Virus record (IMG/VR): IMGVR_UViG_3300027763_000029
From: a virus
Reading direction: 5' to 3' (one strand)
DNA length: 64,000 nucleotides
The position numbers and the translations under genes are program-made. This document shows positions 32,201 through 43,600 of the stretch, one piece after another; position 1 is the stretch's first letter; each line of letters starts with the position of its first letter. The notes under the pieces were generated by a model that saw only the letters and a list, made by a program, of their open reading frames with translations, had not been told where the DNA came from and searched no databases.

Positions 32201-35200
32201 TAATATCATATAGTCCATATGTATCAGTTGTTGCAACTGCGTTCAAAAATTCAGCATATTCACTATTTGTTACTTCGTATTTCTGTATATAATATTGATA
32301 TGAAACAGTTCCATTGTTAGTATAAATATCTGGACTATTATTAATGTCTTCAATACTCAAAAAATTTGAATAATTATAGGGATTACTCAAACTTGTTAAA
32401 CGAAAACCTATATATTGTTGGCTATTTGCTGGATTTTCTGATATAGTAGTTTGATTATTTGCTGATAAAATATTAATAAAATCACCACCAAGTATTGTAC
32501 GAAGATAGGTATTAAAAATACCTTCGCTCCATTCCTGAACATTTCCGTTCATATCATAAGCCCCATAAGCGCTGGGACCACCGTTACTTCCAACAGTAGT
32601 TACGTTTCCATTTCTACCATCCCAAACTGCTGAGTTATATGTATTAGCAGTATTAGCTCCTATAATACGTGGAGTTGGTGTTGGTGTTGAAGTTAATGTT
32701 GGAGTAATTGTTGCTGTTTTGGTAATCGTTGGTGTTAGTGTTGAAGTTGCTGTAATGGTTGGTGTTGCTGTTGACGTTAATGTTTTTGTTGGCGTAACCG
32801 TTGATGTTAATGTTTTTGTTGGCGTAACCGTTGATGTTAATGTATTCGTTGGAGTAAAGGTTGGACTTATGGTATTGGTTGGTGTTATTGTGGGAGTTAA
32901 TGTAGATGTTGATGTTACTGTGGGAGTAATTGTAGAAGTAGGGGTTGGTGTTGATGTTGATCCAACTGTTGGTGTTACTGTTGTAGTCGCCGTTATTGTT
33001 GGAGTAACCGTTTCAGTTGGCGTTACTGTTGGAGTAACAGTTTCAGTTGGTGTTACTGTTGGAGTAGCAGTCAATGTTTTAGTGACTGTTACTGTAACTG
33101 TTGGGGTTACTGTAGCTGTTGGGCTTTCTGTAATTGTTGGAGTTACCGTAGAGGTTACGGTTGGAGTAGGAGTTTCTGTTTCTGTAATAGTAGGAGTAGG
33201 AGTTACCGTTGAAGTTGCCGTAACTGTTGGGGTAGCAGTTTGGCTTTCCGTAATAGTAGGAGTTAGTGTTGGTGTTACTGTTGGAGTAGCAGTCAATGTT
33301 TCAGTGACTGTTACTGTAACTGTTGGGGTTACTGTTGTAGTCGCCGTTATTGTTGGAGTAACCGTTTCAGTTGGCGTTACTGTTGGAGTAGGAGTTTCTG
33401 TTTCTGTAATAGTAGGAGTAGGAGTTACCGTTGAAGTTGCCGTAACTGTTGGGGTAGCAGTTTGGCTTTCCGTAATAGTAGGAGTTAGTGTTGGTGTGAC
33501 TGTAGATGTAGCAGTAACGGTTGGTGTCACTGTAGTTGTTGGACTTGGCGTTAATGTTTGTGTCTTAGTGGTGGTAATAGTTGGTGTTGGAGTTAAGGTC
33601 TGTGTTCTAGTAACAGTTGGGGTTAGTGTATACATATCTCCAATATTAAAAGCAAATCCACTACTCTCATCTCCGGCATTTCTAGTTCCATAATCAGCAG
33701 AAACAGATATTTTTGATCCTTGGGTTGTCGTAAATTTCCAATTAACGCTCTCATAAGTCCAGCTTCCAAAACCATTTAAATCTCCCTCATTATATCCTCC
33801 GATATCTTGTCCAGAACTAAACTGAGATCCATTAGAGGAACTCAAAACTCCGCTTGGATTATATAGTGTTCCGCTACCACTAAAATCTGAAAATACTAAG
33901 GATCCAGCCGGATAAGTTCCATTACTAAGATCAGGATCAATAGAAGTTCGGTTTCCTGGTCCTATGTTCCTCTCATTACCAGCACCAAATATCTGAAGTC
34001 CTTGTAAATTAAATATAGAAGAAAATTCAGGATCAATAGAACCAGAAACAGTATAGGAAAATCTACTAAATCCATACCTTGTTGTGTCATAGCCAGGAGT
34101 AGACATCTTCATAACCACAGATAATCCAATATTAGGATATCTTGGATTCTGTAAGTTAGATACTTCAAGAGTAATATCTTGGGCCGGAGTTGGTTGTCCA
34201 GCTTTGATATCAACAATATTCCAATCTAAATCGTTTAAAAACCATGAGCCAATTCTTCTTCCTTTATGTACAATCAAACCGTCAGCAGAATTTGTAGAAA
34301 CCGAAGAAACCGTATAAAGAATTCCATTAGTAGCACAATCTGATCCATTGCCAGATAAACTAGCACAAATAGGCTCCGGAACAATATCACTCTGAGTAGC
34401 ATACAGCCAGTATCCAGCATCTGTTCCTGACACCTTGTAATATGCTGCTTTGTACCATTCGTCTTCTGTTGGAAGATTATATCTTGCATTTGGATTTAAA
34501 TCAATGAAATCTCCATCAGTAGCACCAAAAAGAGAGTATGCTCCATCTTCTGTGGTGGTCTCGTCTTGAATTCCACTTGGCTTACCGTTATGTAGCCAAT
34601 TGCAGTATCTTGCAGCGTCAAACCAATTTGTCCAAATAACCGGCTTATTTCCATAGTTTGATATTGTGATACTTGATGCATGTTCCGCATGGAGTCTGGT
34701 GGTTCTTTCAGCGTATGAATAATTCCCGGACGTTCCGGTTCTTGTTATTCCACCAACAGCATAATTATTACTTGGATATGACACACCCATATTAGTATTA
34801 TATACTGAATAAGTATCATCTGATGCTATAGCATTTAAAAACTCAATATACTCATCGTTGGTGGTTTCGTATTTTTTAATCTTATAGTCATAATTTACTG
34901 ATCCAAATCCTGTCAAATCTGCAAGATTACCAGAGCTATTAACGTCCACAAAATCATTAAATAAATAGGGATTAGATTTACTAGCAACACGAAATCCTGT
35001 ATTTCCACTATCATAATTAGGATGAACTAGAGCTCCACGATATAATGAATTTATAGTACTAGCATTACTAGACCAATTAGCTCCTCCAGATTTTATTGAA
35101 GAATCATTTTTCCATTCTAATGTATTACCACTCATATCAAAAACGCCATAAGCACTAGCTCCACCAGCACTACCAACGGTAATAACGTTTCCATTTCTAT

Positions 35201-37550
35201 CATCCCAATTAGCACATCTATTAAAATTAGCAGTATTTGAGCCTTTTATATATGGTAAAGGAATATTATTTGGACCACATAGATCTCTAAAGCCAACCCC
35301 AAGAGGGTTTTCGGGAGTAATACTTGTTACTAAATCAACTGTAGTTAATTGTCCCGTGATTAAAGATATGGTATACCATTGCCCGGTTTCAAATGATGAA
35401 GTATAAAGTATAGAATTGGTGCAATCAAAAGAATTTTGTAGTCTAACACCCATTGAGCTTTTGATTATATTGAAAGAAGACCTCGGATTATTAATGTCTA
35501 ATGAATAAAAATATCCAGTATTCACATTTGCATAAAGTATTCCAGTATCTTGATTAATAGAAATATCACCAAAAGTATTATCGGCACCAATACTTATATT
35601 AGTATTTATTGCCTCTATTGAGAGTATGGTAGGAATTTCTGATGAATAATCAAAACGAACTCTGATTAGGGTTGTTCTATCGTAATAAGAAACACTAGTA
35701 GCACCCATAAAAAAGAATACTGAGTCATCATAGTAACAAGCGCCAGATGGACCCACTGTCATACCTAATGATCCAAGAGTGCTTACATTGCCTAAAGATA
35801 CAAATTTATTATCCAAATTCCAAAAGTATAGTTCTCCAGTATTACCTGGCTTGAACATGAATAAATGTTTTCTTATTGGATCAAAAGACATAGAATTAGC
35901 AGAAGTAAAACCGGTATCAAATACTGGAATATAAGTTCTATCTGCTGTATTTATCTGCCATATAATACCATTATTATCTACTCCATATAAAAATGATAGT
36001 AGTTCTTCGTATTCAATAACATAATTAGTAATTGGTAAACCGCCAGTAAAACTTGGAGCATCCCAAGATAATGCTAATTCGTGGGTGGCTGAAGTTGCTG
36101 TTAAATGAATAGGAGCGTCTGGAATTACTGCTGGTGTTGGGGTAACTGTGGCTGTTGGAGTTAGTGTGCATGAAGCAGTCTGGCTAATAGTTTGCGTTAT
36201 TGTGCAAGTATTGGTGGGTGTTAAGGTACAAGTTTCTGTTGGAGTATTTGTATTTGTTGGAGTGACTGATGCTGTCGGAGTAAGCGTACAACTATTAGTA
36301 GGAGTAAAAGTGGGAGTATTGCTTTGAGTAAGAGTTGGTGTAACTGTAGAACTTTTAGTTATAGTGGGTGTTACTGTAGAGGTTTCACTAACGGTTGGAG
36401 TTAATGTAGAGGTTGGAGTAATGGTTGGAGTTATTGTTAGTGTGGCTGTAGATGTTGGAGTAACAGTTAATGTTTCTGTGGGTGTTTTAGTGACCGTTAC
36501 TGTTAATGTTGGTGTTACAGTAGACGTGGGGCTTATAGTTGGAGTTAATGTTTGTGTTAATGTGGGTGTTGGTGTGTTTGTTGAAGTTACTGTTGGGGTA
36601 ACTGTTTTAGTTGGAGTTAGAGTAGCAGTTGGTGTGCAAAGATTATCTTGGTTATAATAACAATATGGTCCACTTCTATTTGAAGATAATGAGACACAAA
36701 CTGGATCTTCATTGTACTGCGTAGCATATTTCCAATATCCGCTATTTCTTCCGTTACCTTTATAGTAAGCAGCCTTAATCCATTCATCTACAGTTGGTAT
36801 CCAATACTTAGCACTATCATTCTTAGATATTATGCCATTACTAGCGCCATATAAAGAATACGAACCATCTTCTGTTGTGCTATTATTTTGAGATCCAGAT
36901 GGCTTATTATTATGAAGCCAGTTACAATATCTAGCGGCACTATACCAACTGATATAGTTAACAGGCTTATTACCAAAATCTCCAACAGAATATACATAAA
37001 GTCCATTATCTATAGTTCTTTGTATTCCCCCATAAGTTCCAGCCATATTAGTACTATATAAATAGTATGTGTCCGATGCGCTGGCAACAGAGTTTAAAAA
37101 GACCGAATATTCATAATTAGTTATAGCATATTTGCTTATTAGATAAAAATAACCTATGCTTCCTAAACCTTCGTTATCTGGAGAATTTTCAATATCGTTT
37201 ATCTCAACAAAATTATTAACACTATCTAAATTTGAACATACTCTGAATCCAAGCGTTGATGATATTGATGATGGGGTTGAATATGGTCTATTTTTTAGAT
37301 TAGCTAATGATGAGGTATAATTACCTCCAATATACGTCTTATTAAAGTAAGATACTGTTGTATCTGTCCATTCATCAATATTTCCATTTTGGTCATAAGT
37401 GCCATAATAGCTTGGACCACCATTAGTTCCGACCGTGCTTACATATCCTCCACAATTATTGAAGTTAGCATTATTAAATCCTCTATCGGGATTAATTACT
37501 ATTGCGTTGGATATATAATTATTATCGGTCATTTTACAGTATCTCTCCAT
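26289..37550 (-). CDS. Giant modular appendage protein (3753 aa): five permuted FGE/CLec domains, half-FN3, beta-propellers, very long Thr/Pro stalks
   Basis: Five copies of the GGPSAYG.YDM.GN..EW...GFR / KYE.TN / KPVN.VSW / PT..EW.KAAYYK motif set; true start may be 37532 (GGAG upstream). Confidence 0.8.
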   Translation of the reverse strand: MERYCKMTDNNYISNAIVINPDRGFNNANFNNCGGYVSTVGTNGGPSYYGTYDQNGNIDEWTDTTVSYFNKTYIGGNYTSSLANLKNRPYSTPSSISSTLGFRVCSNLDSVNNFVEINDIENSPDNEGLGSIGYFYLISKYAITNYEYSVFLNSVASASDTYYLYSTNMAGTYGGIQRTIDNGLYVYSVGDFGNKPVNYISWYSAARYCNWLHNNKPSGSQNNSTTEDGSYSLYGASNGIISKNDSAKYWIPTVDEWIKAAYYKGNGRNSGYWKYATQYNEDPVCVSLSSNRSGPYCYYNQDNLCTPTATLTPTKTVTPTVTSTNTPTPTLTQTLTPTISPTSTVTPTLTVTVTKTPTETLTVTPTSTATLTITPTITPTSTLTPTVSETSTVTPTITKSSTVTPTLTQSNTPTFTPTNSCTLTPTASVTPTNTNTPTETCTLTPTNTCTITQTISQTASCTLTPTATVTPTPAVIPDAPIHLTATSATHELALSWDAPSFTGGLPITNYVIEYEELLSFLYGVDNNGIIWQINTADRTYIPVFDTGFTSANSMSFDPIRKHLFMFKPGNTGELYFWNLDNKFVSLGNVSTLGSLGMTVGPSGACYYDDSVFFFMGATSVSYYDRTTLIRVRFDYSSEIPTILSIEAINTNISIGADNTFGDISINQDTGILYANVNTGYFYSLDINNPRSSFNIIKSSMGVRLQNSFDCTNSILYTSSFETGQWYTISLITGQLTTVDLVTSITPENPLGVGFRDLCGPNNIPLPYIKGSNTANFNRCANWDDRNGNVITVGSAGGASAYGVFDMSGNTLEWKNDSSIKSGGANWSSNASTINSLYRGALVHPNYDSGNTGFRVASKSNPYLFNDFVDVNSSGNLADLTGFGSVNYDYKIKKYETTNDEYIEFLNAIASDDTYSVYNTNMGVSYPSNNYAVGGITRTGTSGNYSYAERTTRLHAEHASSITISNYGNKPVIWTNWFDAARYCNWLHNGKPSGIQDETTTEDGAYSLFGATDGDFIDLNPNARYNLPTEDEWYKAAYYKVSGTDAGYWLYATQSDIVPEPICASLSGNGSDCATNGILYTVSSVSTNSADGLIVHKGRRIGSWFLNDLDWNIVDIKAGQPTPAQDITLEVSNLQNPRYPNIGLSVVMKMSTPGYDTTRYGFSRFSYTVSGSIDPEFSSIFNLQGLQIFGAGNERNIGPGNRTSIDPDLSNGTYPAGSLVFSDFSGSGTLYNPSGVLSSSNGSQFSSGQDIGGYNEGDLNGFGSWTYESVNWKFTTTQGSKISVSADYGTRNAGDESSGFAFNIGDMYTLTPTVTRTQTLTPTPTITTTKTQTLTPSPTTTVTPTVTATSTVTPTLTPTITESQTATPTVTATSTVTPTPTITETETPTPTVTPTETVTPTITATTTVTPTVTVTVTETLTATPTVTPTLTPTITESQTATPTVTATSTVTPTPTITETETPTPTVTSTVTPTITESPTATVTPTVTVTVTKTLTATPTVTPTETVTPTVTPTETVTPTITATTTVTPTVGSTSTPTPTSTITPTVTSTSTLTPTITPTNTISPTFTPTNTLTSTVTPTKTLTSTVTPTKTLTSTATPTITATSTLTPTITKTATITPTLTSTPTPTPRIIGANTANTYNSAVWDGRNGNVTTVGSNGGPSAYGAYDMNGNVQEWSEGIFNTYLRTILGGDFINILSANNQTTISENPANSQQYIGFRLTSLSNPYNYSNFLSIEDINNSPDIYTNNGTVSYQYYIQKYEVTNSEYAEFLNAVATTDTYGLYDINMAAAGGGILRSGISGSYTYSTKNNYENKPVNYVSWFDTARYANWLHNNKPNGIQDSSTTEDGAYALNGIGSGTSTTRKVGAKYCIPTKNEWFKAAYYKGGGTDAGYWQYATQSNSAPYGINVNNIGYGPLASPTPTPTNTTTPTRTPTSTSTPAATKTPTVTPTITPTVTVSSTVTPTITPTFTPTNSITPTNTATSTITPTVTATTTITPTNKETPTLTPTNTVTPTLTPTNTVTSTITPTLTVTPTNTVTSTVTPTTTVTSTVTQTVTQSLTATSTVTPSITSTITPTNTVSPTFTPTVTITATSTVTPTNTVTSTATPTVTTTSTVTQTVTQSLTPTSTVTPSITSTITPTNTVSPTFTPTVTRTATTTVTPTNTVTSTATRTLTPTVTPTVTATPISPTPTSTQTVTPTVTSTITATPISPTPTLTQTVTPTITSTVTTTITQTNTISPTRTQTITPTTTPTITKTTTPTLTSTPTLTSTITPTITSTTTPTNTQTITKTITRTLTVTPTLTSTVTSTITPTVTATQTATITATKTSTITPTVTLTPTNTVTPTTTQTPAITPTITPTISQTKTPTPTPTSRIFGANTANYNNYVVWDNKNGNVSSVGSNGGPSAYGTYDMDGNVQEWNDYDGTNTYADKQIRGGAFNITIPFTSSYGGGFDNPVSKTSQYGFRISSSNNPYNYSNFVVVGDANNLADTLNTYGSIGRGAVAYEYHIGKYEITNSEYAEFLNAIAATDTYQLYFYLMGYASTPGGIIQSGASGSFSYTVKNNYGNKPVNYVNWFDAARYCNWLHNGKPSGLQNSSTTEDGAYALNGKTARTDTVSRKIGAKYYIPTENEWYKAAYYKGGSTNAGYWTYATQSNSQPDRIISNSIGDGSFATPTPTPTRTSTATQTPTKTPTVTSTTTVTQTQTSAITSTPTVTSTPTRTPASTPTITPTLTPRIIGANSINWSRCAIWNGTSGNLTTVGTNGGPSAYGVYDMDGNIDEWIDESPSIGSYCYTGGNYSDTSINNKNLISGTGSNDRRSYIGFRLATLTNPNNYSNFMSVGDPNNAPDTTGFRKGSVPYSYMIQKYEITNSEYVQFLNAIAITDLYGVYDTNMSGSLGGINRSGGDGSYSYSTKTNYGNKPVNFVSWLSAARYANWLHNSKPIGPQNNSTTETGAYSISGATSGNRSRNTTAKYYIPTWNEWYKAAYYKAIGTDAGYWSYATQTDDIPYCVSANAVGDGTSRIVATLPPTKTPTPYPTPSPSPTPINITQFSLRGIINVSGGVQAIASDKHLSSYVGVPDNHLLNFSPKYGRGLLRCEIKDVIKFNNAYRINNSLYIGSYYGLTEKKIHRLTSAKFFDETGSTSYGLLYGTTDPTFFSSTGGYTKNKGTNFIGISAPYGSNSFDISNLEDSRFPTGQYHNAGYVGIALQQTMMGTNNKTVGLSLDRQYWLPGESAFCSSNNTSNDCRIDYGSFFYSNDPERPFTNSEFFKTNIRNTIGGTYARGLDYSSTAGCVYVAALVRAFFAQPDLTKIWKLVPVIFIYGTNAISNRYCMLPEGSEPGQVLCPNNNAKYFYGNNSSYMRTNGKVYISDIGDNPGVHVLSETANQNNTQEVFVENWVANSLYRVPFADNAKPVAMEYHKNILYVLLDTNKVACINTDSDQIVNIINLNIPGKIVTSIAIASEKNCNTCNLEDNLFVGYYDSVGNNGGIVVLQIFDDISNTMPVELVVDYLNVPTPTPSLSQTPYPTPSVSPTPPFTPTPAITSTPTRTPRPYIVNEYFYQKSFSFGVRVPIYRVAPPYYPTPYYLDNFGQPIIDGYGWSSVESNYPDMSRASVVNQTTYPPLLSFLNDNTRYRYLSTQDYNTYINTHTERDGFKISVVFPVWTPIRGFKYAFGPLTTGWQDAVNGGQSIYVNTFSGGFYISQSQLTISTTSREFYFDTLNRYPTMINRISLYGSNSPGIGLFANTFSMIQFEPIY
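31047..31430. repeat. 192-bp near-identical tandem duplication in a Thr/Pro stalk
   Basis: 31047-31238 versus 31239-31430 align closely, diverging near the unit end. Confidence 0.85.
32770..32843. repeat. 30-bp tandem repeat x2.5 ([10 protein letters not shown])
   Basis: GTTGAYGTTAATGTTTTTGTTGGCGTAACC repeated. Confidence 0.85.
33160..33497. repeat. 116-bp exact direct repeat, offset 222 bp
   Basis: 33160-33275 is identical to 33382-33497. Confidence 0.85.
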
Positions 37551-37608
37551 GCATTATTCATAATAAGCTCTTTATATTTATATGCAAATTGGTAAAATTG
37601 TATTTTTA

Positions 37609-40600
37609 TCATATAAATGGCCCAATATCGGTATACGATACAAGATAGTCATCGTATCCTCCTCCTCCAACGATTAATTTACTTCCATTTGAAATCAATC
37701 CAAATCTGGGAGCTATTGTACTTATACTTTTTGCTATAACTCCAACATTTCCATTAGAGATAGAGTCTGTAATATCAATCGATATTAATTTATTAGTTGA
37801 ATTATTTACTGATGAATTATAAAGATTCATATATGCTCTATCATAAATAGTATTAACATGTATTCCAGCAGCGATAAATTCGCATCCAACAGGTAGTGTA
37901 ATAGTATTACTAATAGTATCGGTAGCTGTATTTATTATGACCAATCCTGATTGACCCATACTATAATTTGGCATTGGAATAAATAGTCTATTATTAGTAT
38001 CTAAAAACATATTTGAATGACTAATTAAGCTAGGATAATTGAATAAACCAGTTGGCAGATTAATAAATTTAGTTATAGTATTAGAGTTTATATCGTAAAC
38101 ATATACTACTCCATCTCCTAAAATATATAGCTTCAATCCGAATTTGACTATATTTCTAGCAGATACTCCTAGATTTAAACTAGCTGACTCAGTTAGCGGA
38201 GTATTAAAAAATGCAGATACATCATAGGACTTAATAAATCCTCCAACACTAGCATATAATTTACTAGAATTGCTATCATATTTGATAAAATCAAAAGTTC
38301 CCAAACCTGAAAAAGAGGTAGTATAATTTGAATATGATGTTGAACTACCAATACAATGAATAATAAAATTATCTTTAGCAATAAATACGGATCCATTCGT
38401 TCCGACAGTTATAGGACATGAAATCCCGGTTCCTAATCCAATTGATCTTATGCTGAATATGTTTGATGATACATCCAGACAAAATAATACTCCTCCTGTT
38501 GCTCCGGCTAATCCATGTACTCTGTTGGAATTTCCTTCAAAAACAAGAGATTGAATACCATATCCTGGAAAGTATGCATATGGTGCCACCTGAGTAAAAA
38601 CCGTTTGTGTTGATGTTGGTGTTGCTGTTAATGTTGGTGTTGGTGTCTTTGTGGGAGTGATTGTTGAGGTTATTGTTGAAGTAATGGTTGGGGTAATGGT
38701 TGGAGTTAGAGTTAAAGTTTTTGTGGGAGTAATTGTACTAGTTATAGTTGGTGTAACTGTTAACGATGGAGTTAATGTTTGAGTTACTGTTGGTGTCGGG
38801 GTTGGAGCAACCGTTATGGTGTTCCAATCACTAACCGAAATACCGGTACCATAATTCAAAAGTCTAATTCTCCAAGAGACAATACCATTAGAGTGACCAC
38901 GAATAAGTGGAATTGCATAACTAATAGGATTATAGTCAAATAGTTTCCATTTGATATTGTCAGTTGAAAACTCTAATATATAGTATCCATATCCATCTGT
39001 TCTTCGGTCCATATTCGTTATTGTTATGCTATTAGCTGTTATATTAGTTATTGATGGTGGGATAAGATTTTCTGGATTAATATAAGTATGAGTATTTGAC
39101 CAAGGACTAACAATATCTGGAGTAATACTTTTCCAGCATTTTACTCTCCATATTTTTGATTCAGAATACGTAATATAAGATGTGTTATTGCTGTTAGATG
39201 AAACTGTTCCATTTCCTTCTAATATCCAATTAGATCCTCCATCCGAAGAAGAGTTTAGTTCAAAAGCTACCTGAAAATCATTGACATTAAATATAACAGC
39301 AAACGAGGAAGTACTTACAGATACCAGTGTAGGAACTAATGGAAGAGGAGTTGTAGTAGGAGTCGGAGTTGTTGTACTAGTAGCAGTTATCGTTGGAGTT
39401 TGAGTTACTGCTGGTGTTCTGGTTGGAGTTGGAGTTGGAGTTGCTAATGGTCCGTATCCTATACTGTTGGAGCTAATACAGGTAGGGGCCGTATCACTTT
39501 GGGTGGCGTATTTCCAATAACCAGAATTAGTTCCATCACCCTTGTAGTAAGCGGCCTTATACCATTCATTAAAATTGGGAATAAAATATTTTGCTATAGT
39601 ATTTCTTGATATATTTCCAGAAATTGCGCCACTTAGATTGTATGCTCCATCCTCAGTAGTACTACTATCTTGAAGTCCAGTTGGTTTATTGTTGTGCAAC
39701 CAATTGCAATATCTCGCGGTACTGAGCCAACTAACAAGATTAATCGGCTTATCATCATAATTTGTTTTAGTTGAGTAGGAATAGCTACCGTTAGTTCCTG
39801 ATCTTATTATACCTCCTCTACTTATACCCATATTTGCGTAATACAGCTCGTACGTATCTGTTGTAGCTACAGCATTCAAAAAATCCCTATATTCATTATT
39901 AGTTACTGGATATTTTTGAATCATATATGTATATGAGACATTTCCTTTTCTGGAAGGTTTAGTATTAGACTGATTATTAGGATCTCCAACGGATACAAAA
40001 TTAGAATAATTATTAGGATTAGTTAAAGTTGCTAGACGAAAACCTATATAATCGCCGAGGCCCCACGAGGCACGCCCATATATTCCTACATCATCGCCGA
40101 ACTCTGACAAAGAGCTTAAATAGCTACCACCCACATAATTGTAAGAGCCAACGCCAGGTACATCATCAATCCATTCAAAAACATTACCGTTCATATCATA
40201 AGTTCCATAAGCACTTGGTCCACCATTAGTGCCAACAGTAGTAACATTACCATCTATGCTATCCCAATCAGCACAATAGTTAAAATTAGCAGTATTAGCT
40301 CCTGCCGGCAGAGCATATCTAACTGGAGTAGAAGTTGGGGGTGGGGTTCTTGTTGGAGTAACTGTTAAAGTTGATGTTACTGTTGGTGTTAATGTCTTTG
40401 TGGGAGTTCTTGTTGGAGTAATTGTTGAAGTGACCGTTATCGTTGGGGTTATTGTTGGAGTTTTTGTTATTGCTGGTGTGTTGGTGGGCGTTACTGTTGG
40501 TGTTGGTGTTGGCGATGGAATCATTCCATCTCCTGAAATATCAGCACTAACACAAACTGGATCACTATCATTCTGAGTAGCATATCTCCAGTAGCCAGAA

Positions 40601-43600
40601 TTAACTCCATATCCTTTATAATAAGCAGCTTTGTACCACTCATTTTCAGTGGGTATATGGTATTTTGCGCCGACTTTTCTAGATACAGCGTTTCCATTAA
40701 AAAGTCCATTTAATGAATAAGCACCATCTTCGGTGGTACTATTATTTTGAATTCCACTTGGCTTACCATTATGGAGCCAATTGCAATATCTTGCGGCATC
40801 AAACCAACTAATCCAATTAACGGGCTTATTTCCATGATTTACTTTAACGGAGTATGAGTAACTTCCGCTACTTCCTGACTGTACTATGCCTCCCACTTGA
40901 CCAATACCATTAGATCCCATATTAGGATGATATAGATTATACGTGTCGGTTATTGCTATAGAATTTAAGAATTCAGTATACTCACTATTAGTCACTGCAT
41001 ACTTTCCTATATTATATATGTATGAAACAGCGCCTTTGGTGGTATAAGTATCGTTAGCGTTATTAATATCTCCAACAGTAACAAAGTTTGAAAGACCTAA
41101 AGGATTAAGCGTAGAATAAGACGAAGCAACTCTAAAGCCGAAGCTATTACTAACATCACTAGGAATATGACTCCTATTATTTCCTGCTCCAATATAACTT
41201 ATTGTAAACTCATTAAAAGCACCACCTCTTAATTGACGATAAACGCCTTGACTCAATGCTCCTGGGCCACCAACACCATTCAAATCATTCCACTCAAAGA
41301 TATTTCCGCTTTGATCATATGTTCCGTAAGCGCTTGGTCCACCATTACTTCCAACAGTAGTAAGATCTCCGTCATTACCTCCCCAATCAGCACAATTACT
41401 AAAATTAGCAGAATTACTTCCAATACTAAAAATAAAAGATGATACAGATAAAGCTCTGGTGCTAAAAGAGAAGGTTTCTGGGTCTCTAGCCAACATCATA
41501 AAACGGCCATTGTTTAAATAAACTATCTTGGTATAATAAGTTTGACCACCGTACCCACCCCAGCCAAGAGGTAAATCATTTTTTATTCTCCAATTAATAC
41601 CATCAATACTTACTCCATAACGATTTTCTCCAGTAATGCCATATCCAGCAAATATGAAAGTATGATCTCCATATGCTATGGAACTAGATGCTGGTGCAGA
41701 ACTGTCTAGGCTAGCATTAGTCCAATTTATAGTGTCATAGCTATATTTTACTGAAGCACTATTAAATATCGAATCAGATACTGCAATCCATTTTGACTCT
41801 CCATAAGTTATGGACATACCACCAATTCCATTAATATTTCTTTTAGTCCAATTTAACCCATCGGAACTAAAAAGAACACAATCTCCATTTCCAACATAAT
41901 ATCCTCCAGGAACAATAGCTTTATTCGACGGACTAACCACAAAGGTATTATTAAGAAAACTAATCCTTGAATAACCAGCATAATAAGTATTAAAGTAGCT
42001 GCTAGTTGGAGAGGGTAATGTTCTTGCTGTCCAGTTTATTCCGTCTGTACTAGTAATATAAAGATGTGGCGATAATGCTGGATATGTTAAGTTTTCAACT
42101 ACCTGAGTACTATGAGAGGCAACAGCAACAAACATTCCATTACCATAGGCTATCGATTGCCAAAAACCATAAGGAATGGTTCCAACTTCCCAGGAGTATC
42201 CTTTATCATAGCTATAATAATATTTATTACTTGGTAGCACAGAAGCATTATAATCTCTACTAGTCTTTCTTGCTGAAGGCAAAATTATAAGCATACCAGA
42301 TATAGGATTATATGTTATGGATGAAATTCCAGAATAATATGATGGTCCCGAATTAGATCCTGGTAATGACGATAAATCTGGCCCGAGAATCCATCCGTTT
42401 TGATTATCTATATTATCGTTTAGATATATAGATCCACCGTTAGTCAGTATAATGGCAGGAAATCCTTTACCAACTGTGATATAATCACTACCAAGTATCG
42501 CAATATCAATAGGACTAGAAACACTACCAAGTCCTAAGTCATTTATAGAAACATCAAGACTTTGATTCGTAGTAGAACGCTGAGTAATAAATACTTGTTG
42601 GGTTGGAGTAACCGTTGGTGTCGGAGTTTTAGTTGCCGTAGCTGTTATGGTTTTTGTTATTGTTGGCGTTGGTGTTACTGTGGGGGTTTTTGTTGGAGTT
42701 ACCGTTAAGGTACTTGTATTAGTTGGTGTTTTTGTTGTAGTTGCTGTTAATGTATTTGTAGGGGTAGGTGATGGGTCAGGACTTGGACAATGATATGTAA
42801 AATTCTGTGTAGTATATCTTGCAATCCCCTTAGTCACTCTAAGCTCGTCAATATAACAAGTGTTGCTATTTGGATAGTTTGGAGTAGCCCCTATGCAAAC
42901 TGGTAAAGTATTAGATAAAAGTGTTGGGATTGACGCGAGCCCGACCTCTGAACCATTAATATATGCTCTAATTTGCCCAGCGGCCCTTGAAAATGCTACG
43001 TGGGTCCACTGATTTAATGGAACAGCTGTTGTCCCGAATGATGTAGAAGCTGATCCGTTCCAGAAATTCAAAATACCGTTATTTCTAACTGAAAAGCTAA
43101 AATTTGTTGATATTCCAGTCGTTGTAAATAGCTGAGTATCATAAGTTCCATAAGCAATAATTTTAATCCACGCTTCTACAGTAAAGTCTCCTGAGCCAAA
43201 ACCAAAAAGAGTACTATTTGCTGGTATTTGTAAATAGTCTCCTACTCCATCTATATACAAACTACTATTATTAAATCTATAGTCATCAGTTGATATTTTA
43301 GCATCTCCAACATAAGAAATAGTATTTGTACTAGAATTTGAACTACTATCAGTAAATACTTGTGAATTATTAGATCCATTAAAGTGTAATAATAATGAAA
43401 CATTGTTGCTAAATGTATCGGCACTACCAACAGGACAGGTCGATGGAGTTAATGTCGGGGTTAATGTTTTTGTTGGAGTAACAGTTGGCGTCAATGTTTT
43501 AGTTGGAGTAACAGTTGGCGTCAATGTTTTAGTTGGAGTGACTGTTGGTGTTACTGTGGGAGTTTTTGTTAGTGTTGGTGATACTGTATTTGTTGGTGTT

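Noticed and set aside
30440-33625. CRISPR array or non-coding repeat array
   Set aside because: Repeats are in-frame coding duplications with no constant repeat and unique spacer pattern.
30706-33693. Val/Gly-rich plus-strand ORFs (e.g. 32719..33693, 31450..31821; also 36364, 43403, 46955)
   Set aside because: Antisense shadows of Thr/Pro/Val codon runs, which rarely create stops on the opposite strand; no independent gene signals.
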